From Octopus vulgaris (Eukaryota): a DNA stretch of 64,000 bases. Both the position numbers and the translations under genes were made by a program. The notes under the pieces were generated by a model that made no database searches, was not told where the DNA came from, and saw nothing but the letters and a program-made list of their open reading frames with translations. Of this stretch, positions 38,563 to 50,193 are shown piece by piece. Within the stretch, counting starts at the first letter, position 1, and each line of letters starts with the position of its first letter. The DNA is taken from NCBI GenBank assembly GCA_951406725.2, contig OX597816.1, forward strand, positions 176,638,001-176,702,000. Reading direction: 5' to 3'.

Positions 38563-38922
38563 GTAAATTTTTAAATATTGCAGTTAAAAACCAAGCTCTT
38601 TTTCTAATATAGACCAAAGTTAATTTTGGGGTAAAGATGGGGAGTGGCTTACATGAGTTGCTGAAATTCTAACCCTTGATATTAAATATATTTATTAAAC
38701 TCTTTTTACTTATATTTTGTAACTAATTTTAATTTCTAGATTCACATTGTGTATAAAGAAATGCTGAGAAGTAAATCTAGAATTTTAATCTCATGTATAT
38801 GTAAGCCATTCATATTACATTCAGTTCATACAGTTTGTTAAGTATTTTCTGTGATTGCATACAATGCCTATTTCATATACATTTAAATTAGTTCATGTTT
38901 TGTATTTCTATTTATATATAAT

Positions 38923-39842
38923 ACTAGCAGCTAAGCCCAGTTTCACCCGGTCTGTTTGGATGATGTGGCTGTGATCGTGTTCAGTTAGGCATAATCTATA
39001 ACAGCGTTTCTCAGCCTTATCATTTTGGGTCCCCTGTTTTGTTCGGAGCCTCCAGCTGTATGAACATTTCCTGACTCCCGCCCCACTTGTCAGAAAACAG
39101 CTTCAGGAGTTGTGAAGAACGAATTTGTACGTAGTCTGTTTCTGAGGGCTATTTTATTGGACCTCTGTCTAATCATTAAAACATAGATTTAATTATAAAC
39201 ATAGAAAGAAATTATACATTAATCCCTGTTTTTGTAAGCAGTTGTATCCATAAAAATTTTTATTTGCAGAGAGCAGAAATTGAAAGAAGATATATGAAAT
39301 GGACGTGTGTGTGTGTGTGCATGTGCTTTTAATGTGTGTATGTGAGAGAGAAAGAGAGATAGAGTGAAGGTGTGTGTCGTGATGACTGATGTCTTTTAAG
39401 GTACACACACATACATAGAAAATGTGAGGTCATATAAAATTTTTACGATAGTTGATTTATGGAAAAGATTATGTTAAAGTTTTGAAATGCAAATATGTGA
39501 ATGAAAATTAAGTTCAAACCTCTACATGGTAGCTAGACCTAGTAGAAATAGCAGCCAAATCTCCCTGAAAACATCCTACTATCTTAATCTGACAATGCTA
39601 GCGAAATGTTATGTACTGGCTGTGTGAGCAACTGGTTGTTTTGATAGCGGAACAAACAGGGGAATTCCATTAGAAAAAGTTTTAATCGATTTTCTCAGTA
39701 ACTATGTGGTCTAGGAAAATATACAAACCGCATTCCAATCTATGCACTCGTCTCCACATGTGTGCCATTTTTCATGTGAATCCACTCAGCCTATTCCTCC
39801 TGAGAGTGTTACCAATCCTTCATTGGAGTGCAGATTAATATA
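38923..39842 (+). mobile_element. Helentron/HINE-like element
   Basis: Starts actagcagctaagcccagtttcacccgg and ends ...tttcatgtgaatccactcagc...gattaatatata. Confidence 0.4.
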
Positions 39843-40769
39843 TATCATTTCTCACTACTTAGAAAAAATGGAAAAAAAATTGTTTATATTTTGAGAATGG
39901 AAGAGGGCTGTTTTATATCCAGTTTTGAATGTTTATTGGTTGTTTTGTTTTCATATAATTTCTAATTCAGTCAATTTTGTTTTACTATTCCATATTATTT
40001 TCACTTTCAAATATTCTTTCCTAAATGCCTTTTCCCTTAATTTTCAACCATTGGCTTGAGTGCTCTGGTACATATTTCTTCATTATGATGGTTTATTTAA
40101 ATCAGAAAATAAAATTCCTGCTTTTCTAATTTAAGAATAAAATAAAAATGAAATGTTAAAACATAAATAATTATAAAAACACTCTTGAGTGGTTTGCATG
40201 CATAACTGCATACCCCAAAATTGCTAATTTTGCTGACTTGTATAATATTGTACTAATAGAAAAACACTTCACTTCAGTAAGAAGTAAGTTTAATTGACAA
40301 AAAGTAATTGTGCTTCTCTTAGATTTCCATAGTTTTAAGTAGATGAAAGATAATTCTCCACCTGGATGTGATGCTAGTCTCTCACATGTAGCTTTACCCA
40401 TTGGAGCAAATAAATTGTAAACCAACAAATCAGTTATCAAGTCAGCAGTACTGATATAGCTTGGAGAGACAAATCATTCTTGACCTTCAATAGAACTAGG
40501 GTTAGACCATTTGAGAATTAAGTGTCCTGGCTATAAGAATGATGCAATTCCAGTGATATAATACTAGCCACTGCCATTTCAGTTGTTTGTCCCCTATCCT
40601 ATTTACTTTGGTATCAATAAAATATTATTAGCTATATTCTTAGTTATTCTGTTAACTATGTCCTCTTCTAAAAAGAGTCTGTGTGCAGCAAAATAAAATA
40701 GAAAAAATTAAAGAGATTTTAAAGTTTTAATTAAAAATTTTGTTATGTACTTAAGACTCTGGGTATTCA

Positions 40770-41176
40770 TTCGTGCAACCAAACGCATACCCTCCATCAG
40801 ACACCTACCAGATTCTGAGCGCCTTGTTTCCCTGGGCATGAATTCACTGAAGCTCTGGCGACGGACTTGGTAAACGCCCACAAAGTTGTCAACCACCTCA
40901 CCAATAACAACACTGAACACCTTTTTGATCTCCATGTGTCTAACACATGTGGACATGCCTACAAAGTCAGAAAACAACACAGCTCCCATGACTTTCGGAA
41001 ACATTTTTTCACGCTCAGAGTTGCTGAAGCATGGAATAAACTGCCTGCGTCAGTTGTTGACTGCCATGACACTGCATCCTTTAAGGCCCTCATGCTTTCC
41101 GAAATCCGTCGAAACTACACCTGATTATGTATGCACTTTAGATGAGTTGTAGTGCACCTGAGCACTGTACACAATG

Positions 41177-41225
<49 letters not shown>
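40770..41225 (+). mobile_element. CR1/L2-type LINE 3' fragment (related subfamily)
   Basis: HSSHDFRKHFFTLRVAEAWNKLP, followed by a (TTA)n tail. Confidence 0.88.
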
Positions 41226-41226
<1 letters not shown>

Positions 41227-41299
41227 AAATGCTTTCAGTTAATTCTTATTTCATTTTATTTCCTTATTGTATCTTGGATTTTATTTTGTTTCCTTTTAG

Positions 41300-41374
41300 G
41301 TATTTGAGGGCTTCACTGATGAGAATGCTGATGATTTTGATTGTAAATATGTTCATTTATCTGTTGAAGAAATG
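41300..41374 (+). CDS. VEZT: Vezatin coding exon
   Basis: ccttttag|GTA...ATG|gtatgt. VFEGFTDE...YVHLSVEEM resembles ELEAYVDD...FYYLSQED. Phase 0-0. Confidence 0.85.
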
Positions 41375-41475
41375 GTATGTTGAAATTAAAATTATTACAG
41401 CTTATTACAGTTTTACATTCTACTGTAATTTCATTGAAATAAGCCTGTTTAATTGATATTATCTTGACACTATTA

Positions 41476-41892
41476 TACTCTTTTACTCTTTTACTTGTTT
41501 CAGTCATTTGACTGCGGCCATGCTGGAGCACCGCCTTTAATCGAGCAACTCGACCCCGGGACTTATTCTTTTGTAAGCCCAGTACTTATTCTATCGGTCT
41601 CTTTTGCCGAACCGCTAAGTAACGGGGACGTAAACACACCAGCATCGGTTGTCAAGCAATGCTAGGGGGACAAACACAGATACACAAACACACACACGCA
41701 TATATATATATATATATATACATATATACGACGGGCTTCTTTCAGTTTCCGTCTACCAAATCCACTCACAAGGCTTTGGTCGGCCCAGGGCTATAGTAGA
41801 AGACACTTGCCCAAGGTGCCACGCAGTGGGACTGAACCCAGAACCATGTGGTTCGTAAGCAAGCTACTTACCGCACAGCCACTCCTGCGCCT
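41476..41892 (-). repeat. SINE family A
   Basis: Reverse complement of 6629-7042. Confidence 0.92.
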
Positions 41893-43081
41893 ATTATCTA
41901 TATTCTATTAAAAATTTTGATATGCTTCATCAGTATTTGACTATATTAAAGCATAGAGGGGAAATTAGAGTCTGAAAAAACATATTCATGGCCTGAGAAA
42001 ATAATAAATGAAATCTGTAAAATATTTAGCTTTATGAGCCTGAAATATGAGAATTCACCTTTCTCCATGGCACTTAATTTATTTTATGAATTCTATAAAA
42101 ACATACTTCATAAGTCTGGGAAGACATATTTTCTAGCTGCAGCACTTACTAATAGGAAGGTCAGCTAGTTAAAATTTCATGAAATGTGTGTGAAGAAATA
42201 GTGTATTACAAATTCAGGCAACTTGGAAACCCCCCACCAAAGAAAAGAAAATGTAATAATAAAGAATTATAATAATAAAATAAAATCATGTCTCAAACAT
42301 GTCAAACAGGGGCCATTGTTATGTTACATATTTGTTTTCCAGCTGTCCCATTATATGACTGGGGAAAACACACCTACTGCTTGAAAATAATTGGTACAGA
42401 AGGTACTAAGTGATTTTAATTAACTAAATTTATACCTATTATGAAAGGAAATAACCATTAATTCGATGATAAATTTTGGTCAAGAAAGGCAAAGAAGACA
42501 ACTCTGGAATTTAAATTAAATGTAGAAAATGCAGTGGGGATTGTGTCTGATCTTTGGTATCAACAAAGTATAGTTAACTAACTATTACTGGCCATCTTAG
42601 AAGCACATAGGATATTTTTGTGAATGAATACTAAGTAGTGTGACCACTTAAAAGAATGACTGAAGGGAATAACTGCAAATGCCTCCTGTATGAAAATAAT
42701 TTGTAAAGTGAGTGCTAACGCACTTAATGTAACAAACTTTGGAACGAAGAAATATTCTGAAGTGGTTTCCTATTGCTTCCTCTTAGCATACAATATTTTT
42801 TTTACAAAAAATGAAATGTCATTGATAACACTCTTACCTTTCTTAAGGACATTTGCAATTTAAATGAAGTGTCTCACTGAGAAGCTAGAAAGCTGTTACA
42901 TAACTTTCTATTTGACTTTGTTTTGTGTGCAAATTCAGTTATTATTGGAATTCGTGTTTTGTAATATGTGTAATGATAAAAGTACATATGTGTATAAACG
43001 CACACACACACATAACTTGACTCAATCATTACACCCACTTTTTAACGTTTCTCACTATCTCACACATACATGATATATGTA

Positions 43082-43120
<39 letters not shown>

Positions 43121-43122
<2 letters not shown>

Positions 43123-43573
43123 AAAAAAGCAACAAGAATGGATCAATATATCGGTACAATTGTTTCGTACGAAGACATCTTTAATAAGGCTACAAAGATT
43201 GCAGTAAATATAGGTGACTCGTACTCATCAGCCAAAAAAACATCTGAGATTCCCAAACATCAAAGGGGGTGATGTTACATTCGTGAAACATCATGGAAAG
43301 TTCTATAAAAATGAGATTTAGATAACAAATTGGTTTCTAAAAGTTCTATTAGTATTACACAGTCATATATCAGGTTTTTAAAAAATTTTTTCAAAACCTC
43401 TTAGTTTTCCAGAAAGTGAAGATGAAAGTGAGGGTGTGAGTTTATCCATATTGAAGAAAGTTTGATTCCTAGAGATCTGTGTTTTTATAGAATTCATAAA
43501 ATAAGTTAAGTGCCGTGGAGAAAGGTGAATTTTCATATTTCCGGCTCATAAAGCTAAATATTTTACAGATTTC

Positions 43574-43577
<4 letters not shown>
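43121..43577 (-). mobile_element. (TA)n-flanked non-coding hammerhead element (probable Penelope-like pseudo-LTR derivative)
   Basis: Bounded by (TA)n at 43086-43120 and 43578-43634, and contains the hammerhead at 43151-43235. Confidence 0.6.
43151..43235 (-). ncRNA. Minimal type I hammerhead ribozyme (Penelope-like type)
   Basis: Minus strand reads ttgg-CTGATGA-GTACGAG..(44 nt)..TTCGTAC-GAAA-CAATTG-TA^-ccga. Stem II is 7 bp, stem III is palindromic, the triplet is GUA, and stem I is 4 bp. Confidence 0.85.
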
Positions 43578-43647
<70 letters not shown>

Positions 43648-44444
43648 GTGTCTCTGTTTGTGTGTGTGCAAATATAGCGATGCAACTGTGAAAAATATAA
43701 CTTTTTTTCTATCTCACTACTTATCCTTCAACACTTTTTCATTCATTTTATTCATCCCCTCACTCATTCCCCATCACTTGCTCTCCTATACACTCTTGCA
43801 GCCTCTTACCCACCCACACTCCCAGTTCTGTCCCCATTCACATCTACGTGTTCATATCTTGAGGGTTCATCCAGGCCCTTCATCACCACTATTTTTATCC
43901 CTTTTTAGCTCCACCCTTATTCCACCCTTGCTTTTAAAGTGTGTGTAGCCATGTAGCTATGTAGGTCCTCTACAGCAAGAAACCTGTCCTTTGCAGGCCC
44001 CCGTCTCGCATACTTTAATCCCTCATTTTCTATCATAAAGCTTCCTCTCTTGGGGTTCATTATCTTGCAAACTGCATGTTAACCTTACTAGTACTTATGG
44101 CACAAAAACTTTACCCAATATATGCTGTAAAGTGGTTGGCATTTGGAAGGGTGTCCGGCCATGGAAACCATACTAAAATAGATTGAAGAATGGTAGAGTC
44201 TTTGATCCTGCTGGATCCTGTCAAACTCTCTAACCCTTATCAGCATGGAACATAGACAGTATACAGGGATGATAATGGTGAGGGTGACGACAATTACACT
44301 ATCTTAAACTTGAAACATCAAAGACATTTCTGCTTCCTTTTCTTACTTGAGTGTAAACATATTAGCTACACTTTGTTTTCAAGTTACTATTTGTCATTAA
44401 TTTTGTATCTATATATATAAATATACACCTACTTACATTCACAC

Positions 44445-45520
44445 ATGAGGATTGGCTGACCAAGATACTCTCATGGAATGTGACCAAACAAGGTTTAGTT
44501 TTCAAAATACCGCCCTTCCTTGCAGTTGACATACTTCCATCAATGTTGCAGTGCTTGGATGCCATTGGTGAAGAATCTTTCATCCTGCTGGTAAAAAAAA
44601 AGTCATCAACAGCAGAGATGATGTCATCATCATTGTTCTGGAGCATTGTTCTGATGAAACAAGACCTCTTTCATCGGTTTTCCTGGGAATTTGGTCTTGA
44701 TAACCTTTCATAACTACCTCAGCAAGTTTGTATAGTACTCTCCATTGATGGTGTGGCCCACCTGAAGATAGTCAATAAACACATCAAGAAACTGAGGCTA
44801 TCACCTTCCCTTCTTTGGGTCAGGTGAGGAGAGGTTTTCCCATTGCATGATTGTCTCTTTATCTTTGATTCAAAGTGACGAACCCAACACTGATCCTGGG
44901 TTAGAAAACATTCAAGGAAATAGCTGGATCTGTCTGAAAGAATGCCAGATTTTGTTATGATGTGATCAGTTTGATGCACTTTTGATCAGATGTCAGAAGA
45001 CGTGGCACCCACTGAGCAGAAACCTTAGTCATGCCAAGTCCATTGTGCAGCATATTCTCAATTCACTCACAGGATATGCTAATTGCATTGGCTATTTGAT
45101 TTATAGTCAATGGCCTGTCATCCATCAGCATGTAGTGAACACAATAAGTGTTTTCCTTGGTGGTGGCAGTTGCAGGATGTCCAGACCTTGGACAGTCTTC
45201 AAGATTCTCCGTTCCCTTCATAAATTCAGTTGCCAACTTTTGCATTGTTGATAAAGCTGAAGTGTCATCCCCTAATGTTGCAAGCATGTCAGTATGAAAG
45301 TCTTTGGAGACTAAACCCTTTTTCTACAGCTATTTCATAACAAGGTGATGCCAGATTTTGTCCATATTCAAGAGAAATCACTATCAGTTACATTTGAAGT
45401 GTTCTTAGTTTACAGGGAAAGAAATATTGCAGTTAATAATGCAGAAAAGTTGAAATTAATGCATGCTAGATTTCATCACTCCTTCCAAGTTAGCCTATAA
45501 ACTTTTCAGCCCGCCTTTAT
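44445..45520 (-). mobile_element. Mariner transposon, decayed
   Basis: LEDCPRSGHPATAT, KVSAQWVPRLL-like and wTQDQCWVRHF motifs. The terminal sequence is TIR-like (ggctgaaaagtttataggctaac). Confidence 0.8.
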
Positions 45521-45535
45521 GTGTTTGTGTGTGTG

Positions 45536-45604
<69 letters not shown>

Positions 45605-45642
45605 ATCTATGTGTGTATATATATATATAAATATATATATAT

Positions 45643-46796
45643 AAATCCTTAAATCCTTAAAAATGTTTTAGCCCCGAAGGCTGCGGCCATGCTGGGGCAC
45701 CACCGCTGAACGAGCTACACTAATTTGTGAATCCACCTCTGATACGTGGCACTTGGTCAACAAGGGAATTCGATGCCGCTGCCTGCATCTGTGTCTCCTG
45801 TCGTGAGGTAGGTTCATCTGGGACCCCCGACAAGAAGAGATCCAATTTAGTTTTAAAGAAACCCACATCCACACCATGCAAGTCTCTCAAGCATTTTGGG
45901 AGGATGTTAAAGAGCTGTGGTCCTCTGAAACCCAAGCTGTTGCAGTATCTGGTCCTGTATTTTGATGGTGATGTTGGAATCTTTGGAACCATTCTACGGT
46001 GGGGGTAACTTTGAATGCCAAAGTTTGGGACAAGACCCTCCAGGATTTTCCAGATGTATATCACCACATATCTCTCCTGCCTTCGCTCTAGGGAGAAGAG
46101 GTTTAATACTTTCAGTCTTTCCCAGTAGCTGTCATGTTGCATTGAGACGATTTTCTTTGTGTAGCTTCTTTGAATTGCTTCGAGTTCTGCTGTTAGTTTT
46201 ATATTGTGTGGTGACCATAGTTGGGAGCAGTAGTCCAAGCAGCTGAGGAAGAAAGTTTTCCAGAGGACCATCAGTGTCTCCTTCTCTCTTGTTCTGAAAG
46301 TTTGAAGAATCCATCCAGCTAGCCGTCTGCATTTTATCACCAGATTAATAATATGCACTTGGAAAGATGCATCATTGCTCATGTCAATGCCCAGGTCATG
46401 CACTGATTTTGACTCAGGGATTGCAATTCTTCCCGGGCCAGTGTATCCAGTCTGCATGTCGTTTACCTTTGTGTGCTGGTAGTGCAGGGCCTGGAACTTC
46501 CCTGCATTAAACTGCATGTTGTTGTCCTTAGCCCACCTGTATATTGTATCCAACTCCTGTTGCAGATGTGCAATATTTCTAGAGTTTTGTATTGCGTGGG
46601 AGACTTTTGTGTCATCTGCATAGCTAGCAAGGGTGGTCATCTTAGCAACTGAGGGCATGTCTGAAAGGGCCACTATGAACAGCAGTGGCCTCAAGACAGT
46701 GCCCTGTGGAACACCGCTTGTTATTTGTGTTTCCTTGGAGGTGGCTCCATTGCTCACAACTGCCTACCTTCTATCTTTTAGGAAGTTGTGGAGCCA
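45643..46796 (-). mobile_element. CR1-like LINE 3' half (RT)
   Basis: SGVPQGTVLRPLLF, YADD, LDYCSQLWSP and GPQLFNILP motifs. The (AAGGATTT)n tail abuts a microsatellite. Confidence 0.93.
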
Positions 46797-46832
46797 CTGA
46801 AAAGTTTATAGGCTAACTTGGAAGGAGTGATG

Positions 46833-46878
<46 letters not shown>

Positions 46879-47078
46879 TATTAAATTTCTAAATATCTCA
46901 TAGAGATATGAGCGGTGGTGGAATGATAGAGCAGTTGTATACTGTCAACTTAACGTGACAGTCCCATAAAGGGAATCACACCACTGCTATTTAGCCCTAG
47001 GAAGCATCAATGCTTTCTGTCGGCTTTGACACATTTCCTGTGTCCTTATATTTATGAAGGGGAGACAAGCACCCCCAA

Positions 47079-47150
47079 CAGCTAGGCCCGCATCTAGAGA
47101 CCTTTATGTTTCTGAGTTTTGCTCATCATCAGTCTGGAGTAGCATGGCCT
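47079..47150 (-). ncRNA. Type I hammerhead ribozyme (retrozyme-like)
   Basis: Minus strand reads aggccatgctactccaga-CTGATGA-TGAG caaaa CTCA-GAAA-C ataaag G-TC^-tctagatgcgggcctagctg. The core is complete, stem II is 4 bp, the cleavage triplet is GUC, and stem I has an internal loop. Confidence 0.82.
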
Positions 47151-49272
47151 TTTCTCTTTATTATAGGCACAAGGCCTGTACACAGAGGGGACATACAAAA
47201 ACATGTGGGGACATAAAAACGAATGAAAAATGATAATGGAATGAATGAATATGATGCAAATGAGATGGCCATCTCGCCCCCACTACGAGATGAACTGTGA
47301 ATGTCTTTACAATTCCTTTTTTTTCCAACAAAAATAACATTTTAAGTGCTTGTTTGTACTATTAAACTTTACAATTAACTATACAAACACACTTTACAAT
47401 TATTCTTAAAACTACCTCTAGTTTCGCTGTTATGCAAAACCGTGACCTTTCCTTTCATTTCCTATCTTTAAATCAAATGTTCATCTGTGTCCTTTTTTTT
47501 TCCAACAAAATAACATTTTTAATACTTGTTTGTTCATCAATTCATTATTTCTTCTTTTTTTTTACAATAATTTACAATGTTCATATGCTTCTTTTTTAAT
47601 TGTAGTACTTTCCACAAATTTATATACTTACTTTCCTTTAACCTATCTCACTGTGTTTTACTTGTTGTTTTTGTTTTCCTCGCATTTTCTTCTTCCTTTT
47701 TCCATTTCCATTCTCTTCCAATACATCTCCCTGCTCTGGTCCTTTCATCTCTATGCTTTCGCACTCTTGCTTGTCTGTGCATTCATCCGACTGCACTTTC
47801 TCATCCTCTTTCTGTGTGTTTTCTCATGTGAGTCAAGGCATTTTCGTTCAACCTCCTCATCACTTTGTAATTCCACCTCTCCTTCTGCTATCTCTGTTGA
47901 TGGTTCCTCAACATTTTCTGTTCTTTGTTGCATTTCCTCCTCCATTCCTTTACTCCTCTTTATCTCTGCTGTTGTTGGAGACTTCTTTCTTTCTCTTTTC
48001 CTGCATTTTCTCTCAACCTGTTTTTCTTTAAGTGTCATAAAATCTATATCTGCATATCTTAAAAAATCCTCTTCCAGACAATTTTTCATTTTATGTCCTC
48101 TCTTGCCACATTTCTAACATTTGGGTGGTCTTCCTCTCAGTATTATCTCCAACTTTTCTCCCGTTGGCAGCTCTATTGTTTCTGGTATTTTCTCTTAATA
48201 CTCTGGGCTTACATTTTCGACAATTTCTAAACTAAATCCCCCAAAATGTCAGCATTCGGTCTTGCTCACAAAGTGAATCTCCAGATCTGGGTTTTTTTTT
48301 CCTGTAGTTTTTCGCCAAAAATGCCCACTATCACCCACTCAGGCTCTATCATTGGTGGTATCCGCCTAACTCTGATTTTTACTAATTTCTTCCCTGGTGT
48401 GCATGGTAATAGTGTCCATTTGTGTCCTTCTATCATGCCTTTGCATTCTGTGCTGTCTCTTCTTCCGTTCCAAATGTTACTCTCTTACTCTTTTACTTGT
48501 TTCAGTCATTTGACTGCGGCCATGCTGGAGCACCACCTTTAGTCGAGAAAATCGACCCCGGGACTTATTCTTTGTAAGCCCAGTACTTATTCTATCGGTC
48601 TCTTTTGCCGAACCGCTAAGTGACGGGGACGTAAACACACCAGCATCGGTTGTCAAGCAACGCTAGGGGGACTAACACAGACACACAAACACACACACAC
48701 ATACATATATATATATACATATATACGACAGGCTTCTTTCAGTTTCCGTCTACCAAATCCACTCACAAGGCATTGGTCAGCCCGGGGCTATAGCAGAAGA
48801 CACTTGCCCAAGATGCCACGCAGTGGGACTGAACCCGGAACCATGTGGTTGGTTAGCAAGCTACTTACCACACAGCCACTCCTGCGCCTGTTCCATAAAA
48901 TTTTCCTTTTGTGATGAAAATTATTTCCTCATCAATACAGCTCATTATTAGATCTTCTATTTCATCATCTGGGGCTCTCTCAACCCTTCTGTTCTCCTTA
49001 GAAAATGTTCTAAAAATTACTGGTTTTTCTTTCCTCTTTCTTTTTCTCTTCTTCTGGCATGACTAGTTTTATGTTCGTTCCTTCTTCGTTCACCATTTTG
49101 CTGTACTTCCTCAACTTGTCTATATCACACTCCATATTCACATCCTCTATCTTGTATGTGTTCTCGGTTTCCCGTGCTTTGGCGATCTCTGCATACGTCT
49201 TCATTTCTCTCACACCGCCCAACATGACGGTTCCACATCGGTCTCACTTCTCAAAAAAAACTCAAAAACATC
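47151..49272 (-). mobile_element. Non-autonomous retroelement with only a decayed gag/ORF1-like gene (CCHC knuckle)
   Basis: 18-bp TSD tctggagtagcatggcct at 47133-47150 and 49273-49290. ATG at 49204 (MKTYAEIAK...). RGRPPKC*KCGKRGHKMKNC at ~48078-48137. No RT seen. Confidence 0.75.
48478..48888 (-). repeat. SINE family A, nested in the ORF1-only element
   Basis: Reverse complement of 6629-7042. Confidence 0.92.
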
Positions 49273-49575
49273 TCTGGAGTAGCATGGCCTGCTAGCTGAA
49301 GATGCTTGTAAAGCCTTCGCAAATATATATATTCTCAGTGAAGTTTATTCACTGATCACCAAAATTAAAAATATTAAATTTCTAAATATCTCAGAGATAT
49401 ATAAGCAGTGGTGGAACAATAGAGCGGTTGTATACTGTCAACTTAACATGACAGTCCCATAAAGGGAATCACAGCACCGCTATTTAGCCCTAGGAAGCAT
49501 CGATGTTTCCTAGGGCTAAATAGCAGTGGTGTGATTCCCTTTACGGGACTGTCATGTTAAGTTGACAGTATACAA

Positions 49576-49652
<77 letters not shown>

Positions 49653-50193
49653 ACACACTCCCACCCACCTGCAAAAAAAAACACATACACATATATTTGT
49701 TTGATATGGTTTATTTACCACAACCTGTAATGAATGTTTATAATTCTGTGTGTTTGGTTATATTTCCAAAGATCCATACAGGAGGAGCAAATTTGATAAT
49801 ATTCACTGTTTCTTTCAGTAGTTTCATTCCAGTGTTGTAAACACGGAGTACAAATATAAACTAAGTGGGGAGATAAATATTTATGTTTATTTAATGCATC
49901 TTACATGTGTTCATTAACAATATGTTAGATAAGCAAAAGCCTTATAAATAGATTACACCAGCAAATCTTCAGAGTCTGCTTAACAAAATGTTGTAAGATT
50001 TCCAGGTATATAAGAGATATTACTTTTAATAATATGAATTGAATAAATGTAAATATTTATCTCCTTTCTTGGCATGTGTGTGTGTTTGTGTGTGTGTTCA
50101 CATGTCTGTAATTTTGCATACGAATGTATATTTGTTGAAACTTGCATTTACATGTAGAAATAAATCCAGTAATGGTATGTTTAAATCAACCAG

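Larger units (their letters stand above)
46871..49582 (-). mobile_element. Candidate non-LTR retrozyme (tandem ~353-nt hammerhead-containing monomer), interrupted by another element
   Basis: 46871-47150 joined to 49291-49363 forms one monomer, which restarts at 49364. It ends in a fold-back at 49421-49582 and is flanked by (TA)n and (CT)n(TA)n. Confidence 0.7.

Noticed and set aside
49292-49340. Plus-strand CTGAAGA (possible ambisense ribozyme in the retrozyme)
   Set aside because: No GAAA box or stem III follows.
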